Shown piece by piece: positions 43,829 to 52,170 of a stretch of DNA of 64,000 bases. The DNA lies in assembly GCA_963724925.1 (NCBI GenBank), contig CAVRXF010000020.1, positions 68,816 to 132,815 on the forward strand, in the 5' to 3' direction. The translations under genes were made by a program, and so were the position numbers. How positions within the stretch are numbered: the first letter of the stretch is position 1; each line of letters opens with the position of its first letter. Under the pieces are notes generated by a model. It was not told where the DNA came from, did not search any database, and was given only the letters and a program-made list of their open reading frames with translations. The DNA is from an uncultured Actinomycetota bacterium (lineage in GTDB: Bacteria > Actinomycetota > Actinomycetes > Actinomycetales > Dermatophilaceae).

Positions 43829-44673
43829 GGACCCGGCTGATCCTCGTGCACGGGACGCGGGTCAGCCACGTGCAGTGGTCGGCGCACCGGCGCTGGCTGG
43901 AACCGCGGTTCGAGGTGGTCCTGCCGGACCTGCCGGGCCACGGCGCGCGGGCGACTGAGCCCTTCACCATGGACGCGGCCGTCGCGGTCGTCGCCGAGGC
44001 GGTCGAGGACGCATCGCCCGGGCAGCCCGTCGTGCTCGTCGGGCACTCGCTGGGCGGCTACGTCGCCATGACCTACGCCGCCGCGCACCCGGACCGGCTC
44101 GCCGGTCTGATCCTCATCGGGGCGACCGCGGTGCCACGAGGAGCCGGCGCCGCGGCATTCCAGCTCCTGGGGTGGGCCACCGAGCGGGCGGGGGAGCAGC
44201 GGGTGACCCGGTTCAACAACTGGCTGCTCTCGAAGATGGCACCGGCGGAGGTGTTTGCTGCGATCGAGCAGGACGGCTACTGGTTCGAAGCGGTGCGCGC
44301 CGCGTGGGCGGCGGTGCTGGCCGGCGGGCGGCCGGAGCTGCTTCGCGATGTGCGCTGCCCGGTGCTCATCGTCAGGGGTCAGTTCGACCAGATCGGCATC
44401 CACGCCTATCGGTATGCGGCCCAGGCGCCGGACGCGCGGGTGGTCACCGTCCGGCGGGCCAGCCACCTACTGCCGCTGACCCGCCCGTGGCAGACCTCGG
44501 CGATCATCGCCGGGTTCGCCGGAAGGGTCAGAGTCGGCGTGCCCGCCCGGGACGGCCCTTCGACAATGCGCCGAGATGTCGACGAGCTCAGCTCGGGTGG
44601 TGCGCACGATGCGCAATTGCCGATGGTCGGACGTTGCATACCGAACCCGCGACGCGAGATCCGCCTTCGCTGA
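43825..44673 (+). CDS. alpha/beta hydrolase
   Basis: Contains LVHGT, with the nucleophile elbow GHSLGG. Its start overlaps the upstream stop. The last 40 or so residues are atypical, so the true stop may differ. Confidence 0.75.
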   Translation: MRTRLILVHGTRVSHVQWSAHRRWLEPRFEVVLPDLPGHGARATEPFTMDAAVAVVAEAVEDASPGQPVVLVGHSLGGYVAMTYAAAHPDRLAGLILIGATAVPRGAGAAAFQLLGWATERAGEQRVTRFNNWLLSKMAPAEVFAAIEQDGYWFEAVRAAWAAVLAGGRPELLRDVRCPVLIVRGQFDQIGIHAYRYAAQAPDARVVTVRRASHLLPLTRPWQTSAIIAGFAGRVRVGVPARDGPSTMRRDVDELSSGGAHDAQLPMVGRCIPNPRREIRLR

Positions 44674-44820
44674 GAAGGATCATGCGGTTCGGACATCGTG
44701 GTGGCCCATCTGGGCCGCAGTGCACCGGTGGGGCTGTTCCTGTTGCGACCAACGAAGTTGGGGCCGGCCACCGCCACGGCGGCGTGGGAACCGCTTGCCG
44801 TCGCACGGCCGGAAATGACC

Positions 44821-45219
44821 GGCGTTCGCCGGGACTCCTCGGGTTTCTGTGGGTCGCGCCGCACAGACAAACCCATCCAAACGTCCGGCATCGCCTGCCT
44901 TGCTCCTTCAGCCTGCACCGTGGGCGATGAGACGTCGGGAGACGAGTCTCGTTGTGGGGGTCGGGGATCGCGCGTCACGCGCGGCAGGCCCTGGCCTGCC
45001 GACGGTTGCTGCATCAGGGGGCCGCAGAGGCTCCAAGGTCAAGGGCGGCCGCAGGCCGTCGCGTGCGCGATGCGCAGCACCCTTGAGCTTGGAGGGGCGG
45101 TCCCGTAAGCAGCGCGATCCCCAACCCCCACAACGGGTCCCATCGCAAACCTCCAGTGAACTGCCCGTTATGTTCAGGTCTGGCGACCCACAGAAACCCG
45201 AGGAGAACCCGTTCGCCGC
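44821..45219. repeat. about 400-bp element made of two diverged inverted copies of a repeat unit (nested inverted repeats)
   Basis: Outer arms share the 23-nt core CTCCTCGGGTTTCTGTGGGTCGC (within about 44835-44858) and its exact complement within 45182-45206. Inner arms are GTTGTGGGGGTCGGGGATCGCG (44951-44972) and CGCGATCCCCAACCCCCACAAC (45113-45134), matching at 21/22. The centre contains the perfect hairpin CGGCAGGCC-CT-GGCCTGCCG. Confidence 0.85.
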
Positions 45220-45233
45220 CCTACACTGGGACC

Positions 45234-45546
45234 ATGGTGACAGGCTCGGGGACGGCGCATCGCCGCCTGCAGCGCCTGAAGGACCAACGCGAGGCCATCC
45301 AGGACCTGGTGCGCTCCCACAAGGGTCGCTCCGTGGCCGTGGTCGGGTCCGTCGCGCGCGGTGACGACACCGCCGACAGCGATATCGACCTACTCGTGGA
45401 ATTCGAACCCGCGAGTTCTCTGCTTGACCTCATTGCTCTCGAGGCGGCCCTGGAGGACCTGCTGGGGACGCAGGTCGACGTCATCTCCGCGGGCGCCCTA
45501 CTCGATCGCGACGTCGACATCCGCCGCGACGCTGTGGCCCTTGTGA
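45234..45546 (+). CDS. nucleotidyltransferase (MNT) antitoxin of a HEPN/MNT pair; stop codon apparently lost by a 1-nt insertion
   Basis: Contains GSVARGDDTADSDIDLLVEF (GSxxRG...DxD). In the given frame it reads through into the HEPN gene. Deleting one G at 45536-45537 gives ...DAVPL-TGA with the usual GTGA overlap. Confidence 0.8.
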
Positions 45547-45876
45547 GTCGCTCCGACACCCGCCGGCTGGCCGACATGCTCATGGCCGCCGACGAAATCA
45601 ACAACATCACCGCGCGAGGGCGCACCGCGTTCGACGCCGACGTTGCCCTGCGCCGCGCGGTGGAACGGTGCCTGGAGATCGTCGGTGAGGCAGGCAAAAG
45701 CAGTGTCCGACGAGGTACGAGCCCAGCATCCGGACGTTCCCTGGACGTCGATGGCGAGGATCCGCGATCGCCTCAGCCACCACTACCATCGCATCGACCC
45801 CGATCAGTTGTGGACTGTCGCAACGACCGACATTCCCGCACTTGTCGATCAACTGCGACGCATGCAGGCCAGCTGA
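45543..45876 (+). pseudogene. HEPN (DUF86) toxin, +1 frameshift in an A4 run
   Basis: ...AVERCLEIVGEAGK lies in one frame. AVSDEVRAQHPDVPWTSMARIRDRLSHHYHRID, which carries the Rx4H motif, lies in the +1 frame. The break is at AAAA 45696-45699. Confidence 0.8.
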
Positions 45877-46419
45877 GCCCGACCTACGCCGACAACCGGC
45901 TCGACCGGCGAAAGCTGCTTCCGATTCTGCCGATGAGCGCGCGTCCTTCCCGCCCAGTAGGACGCACAGCACAGCGTTGAGGCACTGAGATTAGGCCCCG
46001 GGCCGGGGAGCATGCCCGACTTGCGGCTGGAGGCAGTCCGCGTCCCCATGGCCCCAGGATCCTCGGCTTCTCCGAGCGTGGGCCAAGAGCACCACAATCG
46101 ACGGTGGCACTGGTCCAGGTCACTACCTGCAGCGACACTCTGGAGAACTCGGTCGTGTCAGGCCCTCGCTCCCATCCGCTGGCTGGCGGGCGAGCGTCAA
46201 CGTCTGTGGCAGCCCCCTGGCGTTAGACGGCGAACTTGGCTCCGCACACGAGCCGACCATCCTCACCGCTGATGAGCGAGCGCCGGTGCGGACGGCCAAC
46301 GTAGGCGGCGGCGCCCTGGCAGGCTCTCCTGCCGGCGGGGCTCATCGTTCGAAGTCGATGCTGTTGACTGTGCCTGTATGAGGTCGCACGCTGGTGCCCT
46401 CGTCTGGGCGGAGGGCTCC

Positions 46420-46986
46420 ATGGGCAAGTTGATCTACGCCGCCAACATCTCGCTCGACGGCTTCCTCGAGGACGAGACGGGTTCGTTCGACTGGTCCGTG
46501 CCGGACGAGGGCGTGCACGCGTTCTGGAACGAGCACGAGCGGCACATCGGCACGTCGCTCTACGGGCGACGCATGTACGAGACGATGCGCGTGTGGGAGA
46601 GCGACGACTGGTTGACGAACGAGCCCCCGGTGGTCCGCGAGTATGCCGGGATCTGGCGTGACGCTGACAAGGTCGTCTACTCCACCTCACTGGCCGATGT
46701 GTCCACCGCGCGCACGAGGATCGAGCGGCAGTTCGAGCCCGAGGCGGTGCGACGGCTCAAGGAGACCTCCGGATCGGACCTGAGCATCGGAGGCGCGGGC
46801 ATCGCGGCCGAGGCCTTCCGGCACGGCCTGGTCGACGAGTGCGTGCTGCTGCTGTGCCCGGCCCTCGTCGGCGGCGGCAAGCCGGCGCTGCCTCGAGGCG
46901 TACGACTTGACCTCCAGCTGCTGGACCACCGTCGATTCGACAACGGCGTGGTCTACGTCCGCCATGCGGTCCGACACCCCGCCTGA
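46420..46986 (+). CDS. dihydrofolate reductase family protein (RibD C-terminal domain type)
   Basis: N-terminus reads MGKLIYAANISLDGF and a later motif reads IGGAGIAAEAFRHGLVDE. GGAGGG lies upstream of ATG 46420. Confidence 0.8.
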   Translation: MGKLIYAANISLDGFLEDETGSFDWSVPDEGVHAFWNEHERHIGTSLYGRRMYETMRVWESDDWLTNEPPVVREYAGIWRDADKVVYSTSLADVSTARTRIERQFEPEAVRRLKETSGSDLSIGGAGIAAEAFRHGLVDECVLLLCPALVGGGKPALPRGVRLDLQLLDHRRFDNGVVYVRHAVRHPA

Positions 46987-47165
46987 CACCCGCGCCGACA
47001 GTGCCATGAGCCCGAACTCCGGAGGTGCCCCCTTCCGCCGCCTGTCGACCTGCTGGCCTGCGGCTGCGGGCTGTGGCTGCAGGGGTCGGCGTGTGCGGCG
47101 GTGCGCATTGGCGTGGCGGTGTACGAGCACAGCAGGCTGAAGGAGCACCCGGGTAGCATTCGGCG

Positions 47166-47711
47166 GTGCGGATCGTTGTCTGCGGTACTCATGCCAGTGG
47201 CAAGAGCACCCTGGTGTCCGATTTCGCGTTGGCGCATCCGCGGTTCGAGGTGCTGCCGGATCCGTTTGACCTGGTCGATGTGCTCGACCCTGGCTCGCCA
47301 GCCTCGTTCCGTGAGCAGCTCGTCGTGGCCGCGCAGCGGTTGATCGCGTTGCCGTCAGGAGTCGACGTGATCGCCGAGCGCGGTCCGCTGGACTTCCTTG
47401 CCTATCTGGAAGCCCTGGTGACGTTGGGACGGGTCACGGTGGCCAGGGGGGTCAGCCAGGACCTGCGGATGATGACGGCGGCAGCGATGGTGCACGTTGA
47501 TCTGTTGGTTGTGCTGCCGCTGGCGGGCGTACCGGATGTCTGGGTCCCGGATGTGGAGGATCCTCGGTTGCGTACCGCGATGGATCAGCACCTGCTCGAG
47601 CTATGCGACGACGACGAACTGCTGGGCGCGGTCGCCGGCGTCGTCGAGCTGGTCGGATCGCCCGAGGCGCGGCTGGCCTCCCTGACGGCGGCTGTCGACA
47701 CTCCGAACTGA
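47166..47711 (+). CDS. P-loop NTPase (AAA_28-like ATP-binding protein)
   Basis: Walker A is CGTHASGKST, at the extreme N-terminus. The start codon is GTG. Confidence 0.65.
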   Translation: MRIVVCGTHASGKSTLVSDFALAHPRFEVLPDPFDLVDVLDPGSPASFREQLVVAAQRLIALPSGVDVIAERGPLDFLAYLEALVTLGRVTVARGVSQDLRMMTAAAMVHVDLLVVLPLAGVPDVWVPDVEDPRLRTAMDQHLLELCDDDELLGAVAGVVELVGSPEARLASLTAAVDTPN

Positions 47712-48018
47712 CCAGTAGGCGGGGCCCCTAGACTAGCTCCTCGCCGGGATGTTCCGGATGGGTGACCCAGCAGTGCCTTCGTCGGCGGGGTGGAGCTGGC
47801 CGCGTAGTGGGGCCCGTGGACACCGGCCGGTCCTTCAGAGGTACTCCACCCAGCGGCGGCCCAGGTCCTGCAGCCATCAACCCAGTGTAGAACACGTGTC
47901 CTAATGATGCTTTCGACTTCTTGGGCCTAGGCGAATCCCTGTCGCGGCTGTCACAGAACCCGCCGTCGGAGCACCTTTTTCGGATGACGTGCACAACCGC
48001 GCACTTTGGGGAGTTCTC

Positions 48019-48550
48019 GTGAACGTGTTGACCGCGGCCTGGATCGGAGCCGCCCGCCCCCACCGGCCCGACGTCGGCGCCGCCGGGCGGTGCGCCCGGT
48101 GCGGATTTGTCGACCAGCTGGTGGCTACCAACGCGGTGGTGTTCCAAACTCTTCACCGCGTTCGACGGGTGGACCGCTCCTGCCGGCGCCGGGCGGTTGC
48201 CGGATCTGCTCGTGGGCGTTCAGCACCGCCGCGCCGCGCCTGCACTTGCCCCTGCCGTAGGCGCGTTCTTCCTCACCCTCGCGTACCCCTCGCGGTATCC
48301 CTGCTGGTACTGCTGCAGGTGCGCGCCCCCAGCTGGTAGCGCACCGGGACGAGGTCCTTCGACGACGTCCTCAGCGTCCGCCCCGATGCCGCCAACGCGG
48401 GATCACCTCTCTGGGGCTGCCATCTGCTCCTGCTTCAGCGCCGTGGTCCGCGTCCCCCATCGCGACCTGCTCACCTTGGACAACCCGGGTGATTACACGT
48501 TTGGCCCGGCGCGCGATCAGAGCCAGCTCAGCCGTTTGAACACCAAGTAG
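48019..48550 (+). pseudogene. decayed gene of unknown function with CxxC zinc-ribbon-like N-terminus (several +1 frame breaks)
   Basis: Plausible peptide segments continue across successive +1 frames: ...GRCARCGFVDQLVATNAVV, then SKLFTAFDGWTAPAGAGR, then CRICSWAFSTAAPRLHL. The 3' end overlaps the corA stop. Confidence 0.3.
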
Positions 48551-49563
48551 AGCGCAGCCGACGCGAGCAGCATCAGGACCAACGCGAAGGGGTAGCCGAA
48601 GTCCCAGTGCAGTTCGGGCATGTGGTCGAAGTTCATGCCGTATACGGTGCCAACGAGGGTGGGGGCGAAGAAGATCGCCGCCCACGCGGAGATCCTCTTG
48701 ATCTCTTCGTTCTGCGTGTAGCTGGCGCGGGTGAGTTGCCTGACCTCCTCATTCTGCGCCTGCCCCACCAGCATGGCGTGCAGGGTCAGGACGGTCTGGT
48801 AGAACTCGATCACCCCCTGCAGGTACTCCTTTTGACCGTCGGCCACGCTGCGTACTCGGTCGAACTGGTCGGCCAGGTCGGCCACCAGCCGCTGCCCGTC
48901 GGGTGAGATCCGGGCCAAGGTGGTCATCCGCCCGTAGATCGCCGCGCTCAGCGCGCCCATGGTGCGCACGGCGAGCAGCCCGTGGCGGGCTCGGAACAGT
49001 TCATTGATGAATTCTTCGGGATCGTCGATGTGTCCGCCAGTGACGCGTTGCTCGAGCTGCCACACGTCACTGGTCACTGTCTCCACATAGTCCTCCTGGT
49101 GGCGGGCCAGGGCCGACACGATCGCGTAGGACAGCTCGAACGGGGTGGTGGGTGTCAATCGCCCGGCCTGGATCCGTCGGAGCACCGCGCCAGTTTCACG
49201 CAGGGCCACCTCCGGGTCGACCGCCGGGTTGAGCGGTCCGTGCACTGTCACCAAGTAATGCTTCCCGACGAACTGGTCGAGCTCGATGTAGTGCACATGG
49301 CCACGCTTCCCCGGTTCGGGGGCGTGCAGGACGAAGAACACGTGATCTGGGTAGGCGTGCACCTTGGGCACCCGGTTGCGCTCGATGCAGTCCTGTACCG
49401 CCGTGGGGTGGAAGGCGAACACCTCCGACAGCACCCGGGTGGCCTCCTCATCACACTGGGGGATGTCCACCCAGACCAAACCATCCCCGCGGTCCAGCAA
49501 CGCCGCCAGCTCCTGCACCGGACGCTGCTCAACCCCCTCATTGGTGATCAGGCGAACGTCCAC
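48517..49563 (-). CDS. corA: magnesium/cobalt transporter CorA
   Basis: Contains YGMNF (GMN motif) followed by two C-terminal TM helices. Confidence 0.92.
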   Translation of the reverse strand: MDVRLITNEGVEQRPVQELAALLDRGDGLVWVDIPQCDEEATRVLSEVFAFHPTAVQDCIERNRVPKVHAYPDHVFFVLHAPEPGKRGHVHYIELDQFVGKHYLVTVHGPLNPAVDPEVALRETGAVLRRIQAGRLTPTTPFELSYAIVSALARHQEDYVETVTSDVWQLEQRVTGGHIDDPEEFINELFRARHGLLAVRTMGALSAAIYGRMTTLARISPDGQRLVADLADQFDRVRSVADGQKEYLQGVIEFYQTVLTLHAMLVGQAQNEEVRQLTRASYTQNEEIKRISAWAAIFFAPTLVGTVYGMNFDHMPELHWDFGYPFALVLMLLASAALYLVFKRLSWL

Positions 49564-49671
49564 AACGCCACTCCCTTCGGTAGTCCCGCCGGGGCCAACG
49601 ACCCGGCATGACCGCTCCCGGGGAAACGGGTCGGTCAGCAGCCGCCGAGCTGGCCAGCCACAGACATGGTG

Positions 49672-51615
49672 TCAAGACAGAGCCTCATCTAGATTCTCGA
49701 TTCGCGATCCCATGATGACAGTCCTCTCGCGTGGGAGGCCGAAGTACTCCGCCGCGTCCGCGGTGATTCGGGAGGTGGCGACGAAGAGCCGCTTGCGCCA
49801 GCGGATCATGCCGGGTGCGTCGCCCACGCGCAGGTCGATGGTGGAAAGGAAGTAGGACACCTGGTCGGGGTCTAGAGAAGCCTGCAAAGGCATGCGTGCG
49901 GAGGCCAGGCGGAGCACGCTAGGGACGTTGGGCTCTTGCATGTACCCGAACCGGGCGCTGATGTGGGTGATCCCGTCATCCTCGTAGCGCAGATCGTCGA
50001 TCCTGATGCGGTCGGCTGCTGCAAGATGAGGGACCGGCAGCGTCTCGATCGAGAGGATCACGACCTGTTCGTGAAGGATGTGGCTGTGCTCCACGATGGC
50101 GCGCATCGCCAGCGGGGTCGTGCTCTTGCCGCGGTTCAGGAACACCGCCGTGCCGGGGACGCGTGGCAGCGGGGGCCGCAGGTCGTGCAGTTCGTCGACG
50201 AAGCCCTGCAGAGGCCCCTCGTCGTGCTCGCGTTGCGTTGTGACCAGCTCGCGGCCGCGCTGCCATGTGGTGAGCACCGTGAACACGGTGACCCCGATCA
50301 GCAGCGGGAGCCAGGCGCCGTGGGTGAGCTTTGTCAAGTTCGCGGTCAGGAAGAGCAGATCGACGATGAGGAACGCGGCAGCGCCGATCAGCACCAGCCA
50401 CAGCGGTTTGCCCCACTGGTGACGCACCACGTGGAAGAACAGCAGCGTGGTGATCGTGATGGTGCCGGTGACCGCCATCCCGAAGGCGAACGCAAGCGCG
50501 ACCGAGGTCTGGAAGGTGAATACGAGGGTGAGCACCGAGACCATGAGCGCCCAGTTGATCCACGGGACGTAGACCTGGCCGATGGTCTGCTCGGAGGTGT
50601 GGTTGATGCGCAGCCGCGGCAGGTAGCCGATTTGGACGGCCTGGTGGGAGACCGAGAAGGCGCCGGTGATGACGGCCTGGGAGGCGATGATCGTGGCCGC
50701 GGTCGCCAGCAGCACCATCGGTAGGCGCCCCCAGGCGGGGACCAGCAGGAAGAACGGGCTGCTAATCGTCTCGTTAGGGTCCCCGAGCACGAGCGCGCCC
50801 TGGCCTAGGTAGCTGAGAATGCAGGCGGGGAACACCAGGAGCAGCCATGCGCGGGTGATCGCGGTGCGGCCGAAGTGGCCCATGTCGGCGTATAGGGCCT
50901 CGGCCCCGGTGACGGCCAACACGACCGCAGCAAGAGCAAAGAACGCGATCGAGAAGTGGCCGATGAGGAAGCCCAGTGCGTACGTCGGGGAGAGCGCCTT
51001 GAGGATCTGCGGGTGTCCGGCGATTCCGCCGAGGCCGCAGGCCCCGATCGCCGCGAACCACACGATCATGACCGGGCCAAACAGACGGCCCACCCGCGCC
51101 GTGCCAACCCGCTGCGCCGCGAACAGCACGATGATGATCACCGCGGTGATCGGCACGATGAGGTGCTCCAGCGACGGCTGCACGACCTTGAGACCCTCGA
51201 CCGCCGAGAGCACCGAGATCGCCGGGGTGATAATGCTGTCGCCGAAGAACAGGCTTGCGCCGAAGATCCCGAGCGCCGCCAACGTGGCCTTGGTCCGCCC
51301 CCCTCCGGGGCTTCCTTGGCGTCTGATCAGGGTGATGAGCGCGAGAATGCCGCCCTCCCCGTCGTTGTCGGCGCGCATCACCAGCAGCACGTACTTGACC
51401 GTGACGATGATCGTCACCGACCAGAAGATCAGCGAGATGATGCCATAGACACTCTCAGTCGAAGCGGCCACTGGGTGCGGGTCCTCGGGGTTGAAGACCG
51501 TTTGGATCGTGTAGATGGGGCTCGTGCCGATGTCACCGAAGACGACGCCCAATGCACCAACCGTTAGCGCTGCTCGCGCAGGTGTGCGCGTGCGGCCGGC
51601 GGTGTCGGCACTCAT
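49672..51615 (-). CDS. kup: KUP/HAK/KT potassium transporter
   Basis: N-terminal signature reads LGVVFGDIGTSPIYT, in a long polytopic protein. Start set to ATG 51615. Confidence 0.93.
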   Translation of the reverse strand: MSADTAGRTRTPARAALTVGALGVVFGDIGTSPIYTIQTVFNPEDPHPVAASTESVYGIISLIFWSVTIIVTVKYVLLVMRADNDGEGGILALITLIRRQGSPGGGRTKATLAALGIFGASLFFGDSIITPAISVLSAVEGLKVVQPSLEHLIVPITAVIIIVLFAAQRVGTARVGRLFGPVMIVWFAAIGACGLGGIAGHPQILKALSPTYALGFLIGHFSIAFFALAAVVLAVTGAEALYADMGHFGRTAITRAWLLLVFPACILSYLGQGALVLGDPNETISSPFFLLVPAWGRLPMVLLATAATIIASQAVITGAFSVSHQAVQIGYLPRLRINHTSEQTIGQVYVPWINWALMVSVLTLVFTFQTSVALAFAFGMAVTGTITITTLLFFHVVRHQWGKPLWLVLIGAAAFLIVDLLFLTANLTKLTHGAWLPLLIGVTVFTVLTTWQRGRELVTTQREHDEGPLQGFVDELHDLRPPLPRVPGTAVFLNRGKSTTPLAMRAIVEHSHILHEQVVILSIETLPVPHLAAADRIRIDDLRYEDDGITHISARFGYMQEPNVPSVLRLASARMPLQASLDPDQVSYFLSTIDLRVGDAPGMIRWRKRLFVATSRITADAAEYFGLPRERTVIMGSRIENLDEALS

Positions 51616-51875
51616 CTGCGCGAATCTCCTAGACCTGGGGGCGACTGCGGGCATCGTATTTCTTGAGAGCTGGGGGTCGCGATTTCACCTGCCAGCCGCG
51701 ACCACGAAGGTGCTGTCCCAACCCTGCGGTTTACCCGCCGGCGTCGACCTAGACGTGCACCGCAGCCCCAACCGCATCCTGGCGATCTGCGGCCTTCCCG
51801 AGGAGGCCTCGACAGTGCCCCCGGCCTCTACCTCACAGTCCCGCCTCATCAAACCAGCCGCCTTGGGTCCTGGGT

Positions 51876-51924
51876 GTTAAGGGGTTGTGAGGATTTGCGG
51901 GGTGGGAGTTAGGGCTTCGTTAGG
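51876..51924 (+). promoter_or_regulatory. phased GTTA(A/G)G hexamer direct repeats upstream of the kdp operon (candidate KdpE/OmpR-type binding sites)
   Basis: GTTAAG-N5-GTGAGG lies at 51876-51892 and GTTAGG-N5-GTTAGG at 51908-51924. Hexamer starts are 11 bp apart within each pair. Another GTTAAG lies at 51950. Confidence 0.4.
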
Positions 51925-51999
51925 ACCGCTGCCGTGGGCGGTTGCGTTGGTTAAGACTGCTCGGGTGGTCGAAAGCGCCACCTGATGATTGGAGTCTGC

Positions 52000-52083
52000 A
52001 TGGACGACTTGGTCTTCGTGGCCCTCACCGTCGCCTTCTTCGCGGTGGCGGCGCTGCTGGTGAGGGGGGTCGAGCGTCTGTGA
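52000..52083 (+). CDS. 27-aa hydrophobic peptide ORF translationally coupled to kdpF
   Basis: The ORF ATG...TGA encodes [27 protein letters not shown]. Its TGA overlaps the kdpF GTG start (GTGA). Confidence 0.4.
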   Translation: MDDLVFVALTVAFFAVAALLVRGVERL

Positions 52084-52169
52084 GCATCGCGAACGTCGCC
52101 GGGCTGGCCCTGTCTGTCCTGCTGATCGGCTACCTGCTGGTGGCCCTGCTGTTCCCGGAGCGATTCTGA
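52080..52169 (+). CDS. kdpF: K+-transporting ATPase subunit F
   Basis: 29-aa single-TM peptide [29 protein letters not shown] lying directly before kdpA. Confidence 0.85.
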   Translation: MSIANVAGLALSVLLIGYLLVALLFPERF

Positions 52170-52170
52170 G

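Noticed and set aside
44853-44882. GTCGCGCCGCACAGACAAACCCATCCAAAC resembles the ends of type I-C CRISPR repeats (GTCGCGCC...AAAC).
   Set aside because: It is a single copy with no spacer-repeat periodicity, no internal palindrome and no cas genes in the window. The resemblance is most likely coincidental.
44821-45219. A retron msr/msd locus as the explanation for the nested inverted repeats.
   Set aside because: No reverse transcriptase gene is adjacent; the next genes are MNT and HEPN. The repeat geometry, two inverted copies of a 140-180-bp unit, is not retron-like.
45405-45422. TGGAATTCGAACCCGCGAG looks like the reverse complement of a tRNA T-arm/acceptor end.
   Set aside because: It lies inside the well-supported MNT coding frame (LLVEFEPAS), and no cloverleaf can be drawn from the flanking sequence.
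45877-46419. Small ORFs between the HEPN gene and the DHFR-like gene, including a 40-codon minus-strand ORF ending ...GEDGRLVCGAKFAV (46223-46345).
   Set aside because: No recognisable motif and no ribosome-binding site, and they overlap other equally weak ORFs. Left unannotated.
51655-51999. A c-di-AMP (ydaO-type) riboswitch or other known riboswitch in the kup/kdp intergenic region.
   Set aside because: I could not identify the conserved pseudo-symmetric helices or ACGR motifs by eye. There is no support without a covariance-model search.
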